A model generated the notes under the pieces. The model ran no database searches and was not told where the DNA came from. It was given only the letters and a program-made list of their open reading frames with translations. From positions 5,003-69,002 of the forward strand of contig JAJZZD010000004.1 in the NCBI GenBank assembly GCA_021797745.1: DNA of 64,000 bases, written 5' to 3'. The translations under genes were made by a program, and so were the position numbers. This document shows, in pieces, positions 36,182 to 45,765 of the stretch. This DNA is from Candidatus Micrarchaeota archaeon. Its GTDB lineage: Archaea > Micrarchaeota > Micrarchaeia > Micrarchaeales > CABMGC01. Within the stretch, counting starts at the first letter, position 1, and every line of letters begins with the position of its first letter.

Positions 36182-39031
36182 GGAGGAGCGAACATTAACA
36201 TTTGATCCCACCTAGGGGATGGCTTGGCTCTAACAGCTGAGAAGGCCGTGGCAAGCTGCGATAAGCTCGGGGTAGCTGCATGCAAGCTTTGAACCCGAGA
36301 TAGCCGAATTGCACCATGAATAATGGTGCATGCATACGCGGGGAACTGAAACATCTTAGTACCCGCAGGAAAAGAAATCAATGAGATGCTGCTAGTAACA
36401 GCGAGTGAAAACAGCACAGGGCAAACCGAATCTCTGTATGCAAATGCAGAGAAATGTGGTGCAGGGGCTTATGCATATTTGCGAACTGAACGCTTTGGAA
36501 AAAGTGGCCAAAGAGAGTGACAGCCTCGTAAGTTAAGCAAATAGGCAATTCCCTGCGATAGAGTAGTACGGCCTTGGTACGTCGTACGAATATGGGGCTC
36601 TTAAACTCCAACCCTAAATATTGGTTAGAGACCGATAGCGAACAAGTAGCACGAGCGAAAGCTGAAAAGTTCCTACACGTGTAGGAGTGAAAAGATCTGA
36701 AACTAGGTGGTTACAAGAAGATGAGGCACGAACTTTGAAGCATGCGAAGCGAAGTTGTGTAATGCAACCAGCGAGCAATGTGGAGTAGTGTCGCATAATT
36801 CTTCTCGAAGCAAGAGCCAGGGAGTTTATGGTAGTGGCAAGCATAAAAGCGTAGCGAAAGCGAAGTCCAAAAGACGGGTGCGAAAGCGCCTAAGTCACTA
36901 GCATATGACCCGAAGCCATTGTGATCTACGCGCGGCTAAGGCGAAGTCGTGGTGAAACACGATGGAGGCCTGCAACCTGTCATGGTTTATCCTGTTGGGT
37001 GAGCTGCGGGTAGAGGCGAAAGACCATTCGAACATGGCAATAACGGGTCCCCTTCGAAATATCTTTAGGATAGCCTCTGGACAGCTCGCATATGCGGTAG
37101 AGCGACCGATTTGATTGTAGATCTCGAAAGGGATCGCTTTCGAGTCAAACTCCGAATGCATATGCTGCGCATGCCAGGGAGTCGATAGCATTGGGTAAGC
37201 TAGTGCTATGAGGTTGAAATGACAATCACTAAGGTTAAGGTCCCAAAATCCTAGTTAAGTGTCTTGAAGGAGGATTTTATCTTAGACAGTCGGGAGGTAG
37301 ACATAGAAGCAGTCATCCTTTAAAAAACGCGTAACAGCGTACCGATTGAGATAATTTTCTCTGAAGATATACGGGGCTAAACTAGGTACCGATACCTTAG
37401 CACTCGAAAGAGTGGGTAGGAGGGCATACTGCACAGCAAGAAGCGCTGCTTTGCGGCAGCGTGGACTATGCAGTAGAGAAGATCCTGGTGTTAGTAACAG
37501 CAAATATAGGCGAGAATCCTATACACCGGAAGCACAAGGTTTTCCTTGCAACAATTTTTGGCTTGGAGTTAGTCGATCCTAAGCTGGAAGCCAATCACTT
37601 TCCAGCAAAAGGGAAGCTTGTTAAGATTCAAGCACCTGATACGTAGGCGTGGCAACACAAGGCAAATTCCTGACGCTTGAGGATAGGTCCTCGGAACGTG
37701 CAAATGGCCGCAGAGTCTCATTATGAGGAGAAGCGGCTAAATGAACTTAGACCAAATTCTTGAGCCCGTGAAAAGGGAATCTGCAACGATCGTATCAGTT
37801 CGTACCTAGAACCAGTGCAGGTGCTGTTGGCTGAAAAGGCCAAGGTGTGCCGGGGATAAATCAGGTTAGGGAAATCGGCAAGTTAGTGGCGTAAGATATC
37901 GACAAGCCATGTCTGCGTTTCGTAAACGCAGATTTCAATAACAAGGGGAGAGCAACTGTTTCTTTAAAACACAACTCACCGCAAAGCCGTAAGGCTTAAT
38001 ACGATGGGTGACGCCTGCTCACCGCCAGTACGCGAACACCCGAAAGGGAATAAACGCTGGCAAAGAGCGGGGGTAACTCTGACCCTCTTTAGGTAGCGTA
38101 ATACCTCGTCGCTTAATAGGCGACTTGCATGAAGGGCGTAATGACTCTCCCACTGTCCCAACCTGGTGCCCGGTGAACTCACTGCGTGGTGAACATGCCA
38201 CGTACATTCAGTGGGAAATGAAGTCTCCATGAAGCTTGACTATAACCTGTTGTTGTCGTGTTGTGAGCGTTGCACAGAATAATTGGGAGCGTCGATGCAA
38301 AGGTTTCGGCCTTTGCGGAGCGACAATGTAAAACCAATCTTCGTTTGCGGCATGACTCACCTAGTAGGAACAGCAGCAGGCGGATAGTTAGACTGGGCGG
38401 TTGCTTTCGATAAGGAAACGAAAGTGACCAATGCTCTGCTTAGGCGGGTTGGAAACCCGCCGTTAAGCTAAAAGGCAAATGCAGGGCTGACTGTATCCCG
38501 AAAAGCGGGGGATGCAGACTGGAAACAGGGGCTTACCGAGCTTTGGTGGCCCTTTTAATTGGGCCCCAAACTTTCAGACAAGTTACTCTGGAGGTAACCG
38601 GTTCGTGGCTGGTGAGAGTTCACATCGACCCAGCCGTTTGATACACCGATATGGGCTTATGTCATCCCGGTGGCGCAGGAACCACCAAGGGCCGGGCTGC
38701 TCGCCCGTTAAAGACATACATGAGCTGAGTTAAGTCCGCCGCGAGGCAGGACGGTAATATCTACTGAATGTGTTAATGTCAGAGGTTAAGCTGCTCTCAG
38801 TACGAGAGGAATAGAGCAGCGGCGCCACTAGTTTAGCGGTTGTGTAAGCATTGCCGCGTAGCCACGCGCTGAAGGATAAGTCCTGAAAGCATCTAAGGAC
38901 GAAGCCTGAACCGAAACGAGACATTTAGGGTGGTAGTATTCCACTACTAGATAGGACGGGGGTATAAGCAGGAAGCGCAAGTGACCTGCGAGCCCACCGT
39001 TACTAAAACCTAATTTAATGTTCGCTCCCCC
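36182..39031 (+). rRNA. rrl: 23S (LSU) rRNA, not linked to 16S or 5S
   Basis: The 5' region GGCAAGCTGCGATAAGC...GGGGAACTGAAACATCTTAGTACCCGCAGGAAAAGAAATCAA, the sarcin-ricin loop AGTACGAGAGGAA and the 3' region CCTGAAAGCATCTAAGG are all present. The ends pair as GGAGGAGCGAACATTAA (36182-36198) with TTAATGTTCGCTCCCCC (39015-39031). Mature ends are approximate. Confidence 0.9.
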
Positions 39032-39048
39032 TTTTCTTTTTTTATTTT
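39032..39048 (+). terminator. Oligo-T tract downstream of the 23S rRNA
   Basis: TTTTCTTTTTTTATTTT follows the processing stem immediately. Archaeal terminators are typically T runs. Confidence 0.5.
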
Positions 39049-39403
39049 AAAATAAAGCGCAGCGAAGCATAGTTTTTTTGGTAAACGAATGTAACTGTCA
39101 ACTATAGCGTTGTGTATAAGATCTTTGATTTTGCCAGCAGTTCCGATTGTGTTAGGCTTGCTAATAAGCTATCTTGCGCTTGCGTTGGCAAAAGCGTGTC
39201 GTGCTGTATCAATAAAAACCCTTTCTGTACTTTCGACGGTTCTTTTATATTATGCTCCGGCTGAAGTCTGCCTGCAGCATAAGCAGCCAGAGTATTTTGA
39301 AGTATTACGTTAGGCATGAAACTTTGCCTATTTCGCACCTGCTTTTATCCTCGTTCGAATATGTGCATTCCCGCGGAGCTCTGGCTTCATGTGCACGCCA
39401 AAA

Positions 39404-40489
39404 TTACTTGAAAACCCTCATGCCTTGCGCTTTCATCTGGCGCTTTGCGGTGAATATCATTATGTAAAGTATCAATAGGCTAGACGCAAAAAATGAAAGA
39501 TAGCCAAGATAGTTTAATGGTTGTGCTATAAGCAATACAATTCCGAGCCCTATTCCTATGAACGCGAATAGCGGCGGTATCGCCGGAAGGGCAATCTTGT
39601 AGGTTTTCAGCATATACATCGTAAACACTAGCCCGAACGCTGCCGAAACAGCTATTACATATCCGATGAAATAGCTCTGAAAAGTGATGTATGCGCTGAC
39701 TGCCAGCATTAGAGGCATGGCGAGGTCGCCGGCGCCAAGTGCAGACTGCAGCATCACAGGCATATTGCCGCTTTTTATCAGCTCCCGCACCTTGCTGCTC
39801 CTGATTTTGACATTTTTGAGCTGCTCCCTAAGCGCCTGCAGGTCTTTTTTGCTGTAATAGCGGTTGGGCATTATTTCAGTGTCAGAGGTGCCTATTAGAA
39901 GCGCCAGATTTTCCTCCACTGCAGTTTTTGCCATTGATTGCATATGCTTTGTTACGAAAACAGCAATGTAATCATACAGCGCGAGGAATGCCATGAAGAA
40001 GTAGGCGAGAAGGAAGTTGAAGAATATGCCAAGAAACAAGCCGACGCCTACGCTTGCAGCCATGGCAATGCCATTCCTAAGCGACGGTATTTTTCTCTTT
40101 TCATATATCAGGAAGATAGGTATAAGCAGGGAAGCCAGAACTACAGGATATGATGTTGCTTTGCCTGGGAAAATCGAGGCGAGAGTAATCCAAAGCAGGA
40201 AATACAGAGCTACAAGCAGGGTCAGCAACTCTGCAGCCATGAGGAATAGCCTGCCGCTCTTATGTCGTATGATGAAAAATATGAACACAGACAAGCCAAT
40301 GAAATACATTATGTAGAATATCAGGTAAAACAGCGAAGGCATGCCTGTACTCGATGTCTGGCTTGCTTGGGCTATTACGCTCGGCGACACTGCAAAGAAG
40401 GCTATAAGAAGTCCGAGCAGCTGCACTATCAAAAACAAAGAGAGTATGCTGATAAGCTGCCTGTACTCAATCCTTCTTTCCAAAATCAC
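39404..40489 (-). CDS. Presenilin/signal-peptide-peptidase-like intramembrane aspartyl protease (A22 family)
   Basis: The polytopic protein carries the YD motif (FLALYDYIAVF), GxGD (ALGAGDLAMP) and a PAL-like ALPAIPPLF, in the family order. Confidence 0.65.
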   Translation of the reverse strand: MILERRIEYRQLISILSLFLIVQLLGLLIAFFAVSPSVIAQASQTSSTGMPSLFYLIFYIMYFIGLSVFIFFIIRHKSGRLFLMAAELLTLLVALYFLLWITLASIFPGKATSYPVVLASLLIPIFLIYEKRKIPSLRNGIAMAASVGVGLFLGIFFNFLLAYFFMAFLALYDYIAVFVTKHMQSMAKTAVEENLALLIGTSDTEIMPNRYYSKKDLQALREQLKNVKIRSSKVRELIKSGNMPVMLQSALGAGDLAMPLMLAVSAYITFQSYFIGYVIAVSAAFGLVFTMYMLKTYKIALPAIPPLFAFIGIGLGIVLLIAQPLNYLGYLSFFASSLLILYIMIFTAKRQMKAQGMRVFK

Positions 40490-40620
40490 ACCTTGGCAGA
40501 ATTTTCCGGCAAAGGTTTCAGCAAAGAAGGGCGCCTGCCGGTTAACGCACGATTTGCTAACCTATTACTCTTTGAAATAAAATAATATTAAGGTTAGCCA
40601 GCTCTGCGTACATATCCGTT

Positions 40621-42696
40621 TCAGCCGGCTTCCCTGTTTACTGTCTTCAGGACGCCAGGCTTTGGCATGTAGATGTCGCCACTGCGCTCCAGTTCGTCTA
40701 TGAATTTTATGGTCCTTTCTCTTTCTATGCCTGCCTTCTCAGCCTCATCGAAAACCTTCGGCACTAGGGCATACTGCTCTTCCTTCTCAAGCTTCTTTAT
40801 TATTCCCATTATGATGTTTATCTTGTCTACTTTTTCTTTAGGCATGCCCGTCTGCAGTATGTCTATGTCCTTCCTGCCGCTCTTGTCGACTGCAAGAGTG
40901 CCAAGCATGTATTCATACATATCTATGGCTGCATTCGCGTCTTTCAGCTCCACCAGGTTCGATAGTCTGGACTTGGCGCTCGCCTCTGCAAGCCTTATGA
41001 GTCCTTCTATCTGCCTTGGGGTGATTGGAACAGCCCCCTGCTTCATTCCTATGCGCCTCAGCTCCACATAATAATTCTGTATCCTGTCGGCGGCCTCTTT
41101 TGTGATTCTTGGCATTATGTTTTTTCTCGCATACGCCACATATTTGCGCAGCATGTCAGGGTTTATCGGCGGCGCCTGCACCTGTTCGTACTCGGTTATT
41201 TCTGCAAGCTGTGCGCCTGCAGCTTCGTGTTGAATAAGTATGTGCCGTGCGATGTTCTTGTTCAGCTCTTCGTCGTCTATTACGTCCTTGATTGGAAATA
41301 TGAGGTCGAACCTAGACAGAAGCGTCGGAGGTATGTCGAATTGGTCAGCAGGATACTGACTCTGCTCGAACCTGCCGAACTTAGGGTTCGCAGCTGCAAG
41401 TATTGATGTCTTAGTGCTGAAGCGCGCAATTATACCTGCCTTTGCTAGGCTTATCGTCTGCGATTCCATCGCCTCGAGCATCGCTGATTTGTCGTCATCG
41501 CTTATCTTGTCGAATTCGTCGATAGCGACAGTTCCTCCCGTTCCCAGAACAAGCGCGCCTGCCTTCAAAGTCCAGCCGCCTTCTGCGAGCTCGTCCCTCT
41601 CGGCTGCTGCGGTAAGTCCGGCAGAGCTTGTGGATTTTCCGCTTATGTAAATTCCTTTAGGTACTATTGCAGTAACAGCCTGCAAAAGTCTTGTCTTAGC
41701 AGAACCCGGATCTCCTATCAGCAGAATGTGTATGTCGTTTCTTATTACCCCTCCATCGACAAGAGTTTTTCCTGGTGTGCCGCCAAAAAGCTGCAGCGAT
41801 ATTGCTTTTTTAATCATGTCGAATCCGTATATAGAAGGCGCTATCGACCTCGCGATCTTGTCGGATATGCTGGGATCTGTTGACAATTCCTTTATTGCCT
41901 TTTCCTCGTCTTTGTTTATCTCTAATTCGGCATATTCTTTCTGTTTAGTGCGTATCGCAATCACGTCCACGAACATCGTGAATATCGCCTTCTCGAGCTT
42001 CCCTTTCTGGTTCCTCCTTGGCCTGATTCTCAGTATTCCTGTTATGTCTACTCTATCGCCGGGCATTATTGTATTTACCAAGTCGTCCTGCACCCATACT
42101 TCAAGCTGCCATGTCGGCGCGCTGCCCTTCAGCTTCTCGAGCGGGTCCTGCACTGCAAGCCTCTGAAGGTTTATGAACTTCGACTCCTCGTTAAGCTGCC
42201 TGAGCGACCTTCTCTTGCACTGAGGGCATACTTCCGGCATATTGTCTCTTTCTACTTCGAGCTTTACTACCGTGTTGCACATGGCGCACCTGAAAACACC
42301 GACGTGCACCATCGGCATTATTTCTGATCTTTTGACTACAAGCGAATCCAGCGTAAGCAGCCTGCCTATATGCTCTGACCCCACGTCCTGTATCAAAGGC
42401 ATCGTACTTGCATCAAGCCCGTAGAATCTCGCGTAAACTGGCTTTGCGATATCCGCGTTAACGCTGAATCTGGAAAGGGCCGCATTTGCCGCAGGAATCA
42501 GATTGTCAGGATTGCCTATGAGCTCGTTCGCCAGCTCGTGGTCGAATTGCTCGAGGTTCTGTATGTCAACGTAAAGCGACCTCTTCTGGGGATAGCTTAT
42601 GAACAATTCATTTATCTGGTCAATGTAGTATTTGTTGTAGAACTCGACGAACTTGTCTTCGAACTCTTTATTAGCTATTGCTTCCACGAAACACAC
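40621..42696 (-). CDS. mcm: MCM replicative helicase
   Basis: Zinc ribbon CAMC...CPQCKRR, Walker A IHILLIGDPGSAKT, Walker B AIDEFDK, the arginine-finger region SRFDLIF and a C-terminal wHTH. No intein-sized insertion. Confidence 0.95.
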   Translation of the reverse strand: MCFVEAIANKEFEDKFVEFYNKYYIDQINELFISYPQKRSLYVDIQNLEQFDHELANELIGNPDNLIPAANAALSRFSVNADIAKPVYARFYGLDASTMPLIQDVGSEHIGRLLTLDSLVVKRSEIMPMVHVGVFRCAMCNTVVKLEVERDNMPEVCPQCKRRSLRQLNEESKFINLQRLAVQDPLEKLKGSAPTWQLEVWVQDDLVNTIMPGDRVDITGILRIRPRRNQKGKLEKAIFTMFVDVIAIRTKQKEYAELEINKDEEKAIKELSTDPSISDKIARSIAPSIYGFDMIKKAISLQLFGGTPGKTLVDGGVIRNDIHILLIGDPGSAKTRLLQAVTAIVPKGIYISGKSTSSAGLTAAAERDELAEGGWTLKAGALVLGTGGTVAIDEFDKISDDDKSAMLEAMESQTISLAKAGIIARFSTKTSILAAANPKFGRFEQSQYPADQFDIPPTLLSRFDLIFPIKDVIDDEELNKNIARHILIQHEAAGAQLAEITEYEQVQAPPINPDMLRKYVAYARKNIMPRITKEAADRIQNYYVELRRIGMKQGAVPITPRQIEGLIRLAEASAKSRLSNLVELKDANAAIDMYEYMLGTLAVDKSGRKDIDILQTGMPKEKVDKINIIMGIIKKLEKEEQYALVPKVFDEAEKAGIERERTIKFIDELERSGDIYMPKPGVLKTVNREAG

Positions 42697-42865
42697 TCTC
42701 AGAGCACAAAATAAGCATAGAAAAATTAACTGTTAAGAAGATGTAGGAAAAGGTATATAAGCAATACAGAGAATTCCCTAACTTTAGTTATATGTTTATT
42801 GATTTTTATTCAAGATTCGATGCGCGTCGCAGCGGGGATTCTGTCAGCAGTTACTGGCAACGCAA

Positions 42866-44530
42866 TTATGAAAAGTTGCGGAATTTACTTATCTGTGCGT
42901 CAGTAAGCTTTTCGAAAATCGGCTTTGGCTCGAGTGTTGGGTCTAGTTCTGGCCGGGATGAAATATCGGCGAATACTGGTGCTCTATTAATTCCAAAATA
43001 CTTAAGAATGCGCAAGCTCGAATTAGGAATAAAAGGATACATCAGAATGCTAACAGTATACGCGACCTTAAGCAGGGCATTCATAATAACTGAGAATTCG
43101 GCTGCGGCTTTGTTGTCATAATTTGCAGCCTTGGCGAGGAGCCAAGGTTCCTTTTCGCTCATAAGTGAATTGCCCAGGTCTGACATCTCGATAACCACCC
43201 TCAAGGCCTCCCTGAGCTCCAGCTTGTCGAAATAAGAAGTGTACTCATTTACTAGCGCATCCAACCTGCTTGATATCTCCGGATCTGGCGTGGCTTTGGC
43301 GTCGAACATGCGTTTATTGGCATTTATAAGAGTGAATACTCTCTGGCACAGGTTTCCTATTTTTCCGTTCATTATTTTATTTACCGCCTCCACGAAACCT
43401 GTTTCGGTAAAATCGGTATCTGAATTTTCCGGCGCAGACAGGACAAGCGCAAACCTCCAGTAATCCGGGTCTTGGACTATGTTCAGCGCTTCCTCCATGT
43501 CCATTCCTATGTGCCTGCTTTTAGAGAATTTTTTGCCCTCCCAGTTGAGGAATTCGTATGATTTGATTGTTTTAGGGAGAGTGTACCCGAGTCCTGAGCC
43601 GATAAGCATGCCAGGAAAAATTATAGTGTGGAACACTATGTTGTCCTTGCCCATGAATTGTATTATTCTAGTGTCTGGAGAAAGCCAGTATTCCTTCCAT
43701 TTCAAATCGTCCCATTCCTTTGTTATACCAATGTATCCTATCGGCGCGTCAAACCATACGTAAAAAACCTGGTCCTCGAACCCTTTCTTTGGTATGGAAA
43801 ACCCCCATTTTGTATTCCTGCTTATGTCCCGGTATTTGAGGCCTTCATTGAAGTATTTTTGCGCTTCATTAACTGCGTTTTTGCTCCAATTTGCCTTTGC
43901 ATTCTTCTCGAAGAACGCTTCTATTTGAGGTTGCAATTTTTTGAGGTCGAGAGCGAGGTTGGTTGTCTTCTTGAAAACGATTTCTTTTTTACCGCATATC
44001 GTGCAATGCGGTTCTATGAGCATTTTGGGTTCTAGGAGGCTTGAACATTTATCACATTGGTCTCCTCTTGCGGCTTCGTAGCCGCAAACCGGGCACTTCC
44101 CTTCTATGAATCTGTCTGCCAGAAATATGCCGTCAGAATTGCAATACGGGAGTTCTTTCTGAACCTCTTTTATGTAGCCGTTTTTGTCCAGCGCGTCGAA
44201 TATCTGATAGGTTATTTCCATGTTCTGATCGGAATTCGTGTCGCCATAATAAGTGAAGTTGCAATTAAACTTCTGAAACAGTTCCTTTGCTTTTTTATGA
44301 AGGCTCTCCGCAAGCTCTTCAGTGTTAACCTTTTCCTTTATCGCGCGCACTTCTATCGGCGTGCCGTGCATGTCAGAACCACATATGAATATTACATCCT
44401 CGCCCTTCATGCGCAGGTAGTTGGCATATATGTCAGCAGGAAGAACTGAGCCTACGAAATTTCCAAGATGCGGCGTGGCATTTATGTACGGAAGTGCAGA
44501 TGTAACAATTGTCTTTTCCAAATTGATCAC
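42866..44530 (-). CDS. metG: Methionyl-tRNA synthetase (core only, no appended tRNA-binding domain)
   Basis: SALPYINATPHLGN, zinc knuckle CPVCGYEAARGDQCDKC and KFSKSRH. It ends after the anticodon-binding helical domain. Confidence 0.9.
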   Translation of the reverse strand: MINLEKTIVTSALPYINATPHLGNFVGSVLPADIYANYLRMKGEDVIFICGSDMHGTPIEVRAIKEKVNTEELAESLHKKAKELFQKFNCNFTYYGDTNSDQNMEITYQIFDALDKNGYIKEVQKELPYCNSDGIFLADRFIEGKCPVCGYEAARGDQCDKCSSLLEPKMLIEPHCTICGKKEIVFKKTTNLALDLKKLQPQIEAFFEKNAKANWSKNAVNEAQKYFNEGLKYRDISRNTKWGFSIPKKGFEDQVFYVWFDAPIGYIGITKEWDDLKWKEYWLSPDTRIIQFMGKDNIVFHTIIFPGMLIGSGLGYTLPKTIKSYEFLNWEGKKFSKSRHIGMDMEEALNIVQDPDYWRFALVLSAPENSDTDFTETGFVEAVNKIMNGKIGNLCQRVFTLINANKRMFDAKATPDPEISSRLDALVNEYTSYFDKLELREALRVVIEMSDLGNSLMSEKEPWLLAKAANYDNKAAAEFSVIMNALLKVAYTVSILMYPFIPNSSLRILKYFGINRAPVFADISSRPELDPTLEPKPIFEKLTDAQISKFRNFS

Positions 44531-44556
44531 GATTAGGCATAAATGGCAATTTAACG

Positions 44557-45195
44557 TTAAATAATGTTTTCCTTGGCCATATCGCTTTTCAGCTTATCCA
44601 CATTCACGAAAAGGAATGACTTTATGCCTATTTTATTTGCGGCGGCTACGTTCTGCCTCAAATCGTCTACGAATATGCACTCTTCTGGCTTCGCCTTGAT
44701 TTTTTTAAGCACGTAAATAAAAGCAGACCTATCTGGCTTTTTTATTTTTTCTTTGTAAGACATGAAAATGCTGTCAAAGTTGCCTTGAAGCCGCAGGAGC
44801 CACTTGGGATCCGGAGTGTAATTCAGGTCTATGGCGTTGCTGAACATGTGCACTTTGTACCTCTTTTTGAGATGTTGCATGTATCTGACAAGTTTCCAGT
44901 TTATTTCTTCTTTCCTCAGCCTGTGGCGTTTTTTCCATTCCAGGTGCACGGCATTTACATCCAGATTCTTGTTGAAGCGCTTATCAACTAGCGCGAGAAA
45001 CTGTTTTGGAGTCTCACGACCTGTGTGCAGCCTGTTGTGGTGCGCTTCGAACATTTTTGCTATTTTGCCCCTCGGAACTCCGTATTTTTTGGAAAATTCA
45101 TTGACAAGATAAAAATGATAGCCATGATTCTCATTGTTTTTCTTGCCCAAATACAGGAACACGCCTCCGAAATCAAAGATGATGTGCTTGTACAT
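44557..45195 (-). CDS. HAD-superfamily hydrolase
   Basis: Motif I-like IIFDFGGVF and motif IV-like CIFVDDLRQN. Confidence 0.6.
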   Translation of the reverse strand: MYKHIIFDFGGVFLYLGKKNNENHGYHFYLVNEFSKKYGVPRGKIAKMFEAHHNRLHTGRETPKQFLALVDKRFNKNLDVNAVHLEWKKRHRLRKEEINWKLVRYMQHLKKRYKVHMFSNAIDLNYTPDPKWLLRLQGNFDSIFMSYKEKIKKPDRSAFIYVLKKIKAKPEECIFVDDLRQNVAAANKIGIKSFLFVNVDKLKSDMAKENII

Positions 45196-45203
45196 TCAAT
45201 GCA

Positions 45204-45761
45204 TCAAGTATAACGCAAATCCAGAGCGGCCACCTGCTGAATTACAGCCCCGAAGCCAGGAATGGTGTAATTTAGCCATATGTATCCTATAAATGGGTTC
45301 CCGGCATAGCCGGTGGCCTTGCCGGAAGAAGAATAGCAGTACAGCTTGAATACAGGACTTGCGCCGGAATAAATGGTGTTCGTGGAAAACGGAGAAGTAT
45401 AGAAGGTAATCGAGTTACTGACGTATATGTTTCCGTAAAGAGGCTTATTTCCAGTAGCGTTTATTGCTGTCGAGCATGCAATTCCCTGGATATTTATCGA
45501 TGCGCCAAGCGACTGCGATAACTGTATAGACACTATGCCACTGGAATTTATTGCGTAAAATCCGCACGAGAATCCTGGGGACGGTGTGCACGATGTCGTG
45601 GCAAGCGACGGATTTACTACACTCACGTCGTAAATTATTACGAACGTCACGCCGATGAATACCAGCGCTATTCCGTAGGAAATGAGGAAATCGATGGCTG
45701 CCTGTGCTTTTTGGGCGCAGGCTCCGCATCGGCGCATTACGCTCTTTTCATGCATTCGCAT
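45204..45761 (-). CDS. Archaeal type IV pilin-like protein (class III signal peptide)
   Basis: ...MRRCGACAQKA|QAAIDFLISYGIALVFIGVTFVII fits the [KR][GA][Q..] prepilin-peptidase site followed by a hydrophobic helix. The Ser/Asn-rich body carries sequons. Confidence 0.5.
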   Translation of the reverse strand: MRMHEKSVMRRCGACAQKAQAAIDFLISYGIALVFIGVTFVIIYDVSVVNPSLATTSCTPSPGFSCGFYAINSSGIVSIQLSQSLGASINIQGIACSTAINATGNKPLYGNIYVSNSITFYTSPFSTNTIYSGASPVFKLYCYSSSGKATGYAGNPFIGYIWLNYTIPGFGAVIQQVAALDLRYT

Positions 45762-45765
45762 TTAA

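Noticed and set aside
36148-38924. About ten track ORFs of 60-97 aa on both strands (for example 36148-36417, 36898-37191, 37976-38230, 38512-38733)
   Set aside because: All lie inside the 23S rRNA gene, so the open frames are incidental.
39032-39403. A possible 5S rRNA directly downstream of the 23S
   Set aside because: No CCGAAC / GGAAGUUAAGC-like loop C signature occurs on either strand, and I could not draw a 5S-like fold.
40621-42696. Inteins in MCM, PolX, RpoA'/A'' or RpoB, which are frequent intein hosts in archaea
   Set aside because: All have ordinary lengths with contiguous catalytic motifs. I saw no Cys/Ser...HN-Cys/Ser/Thr splice-junction blocks.
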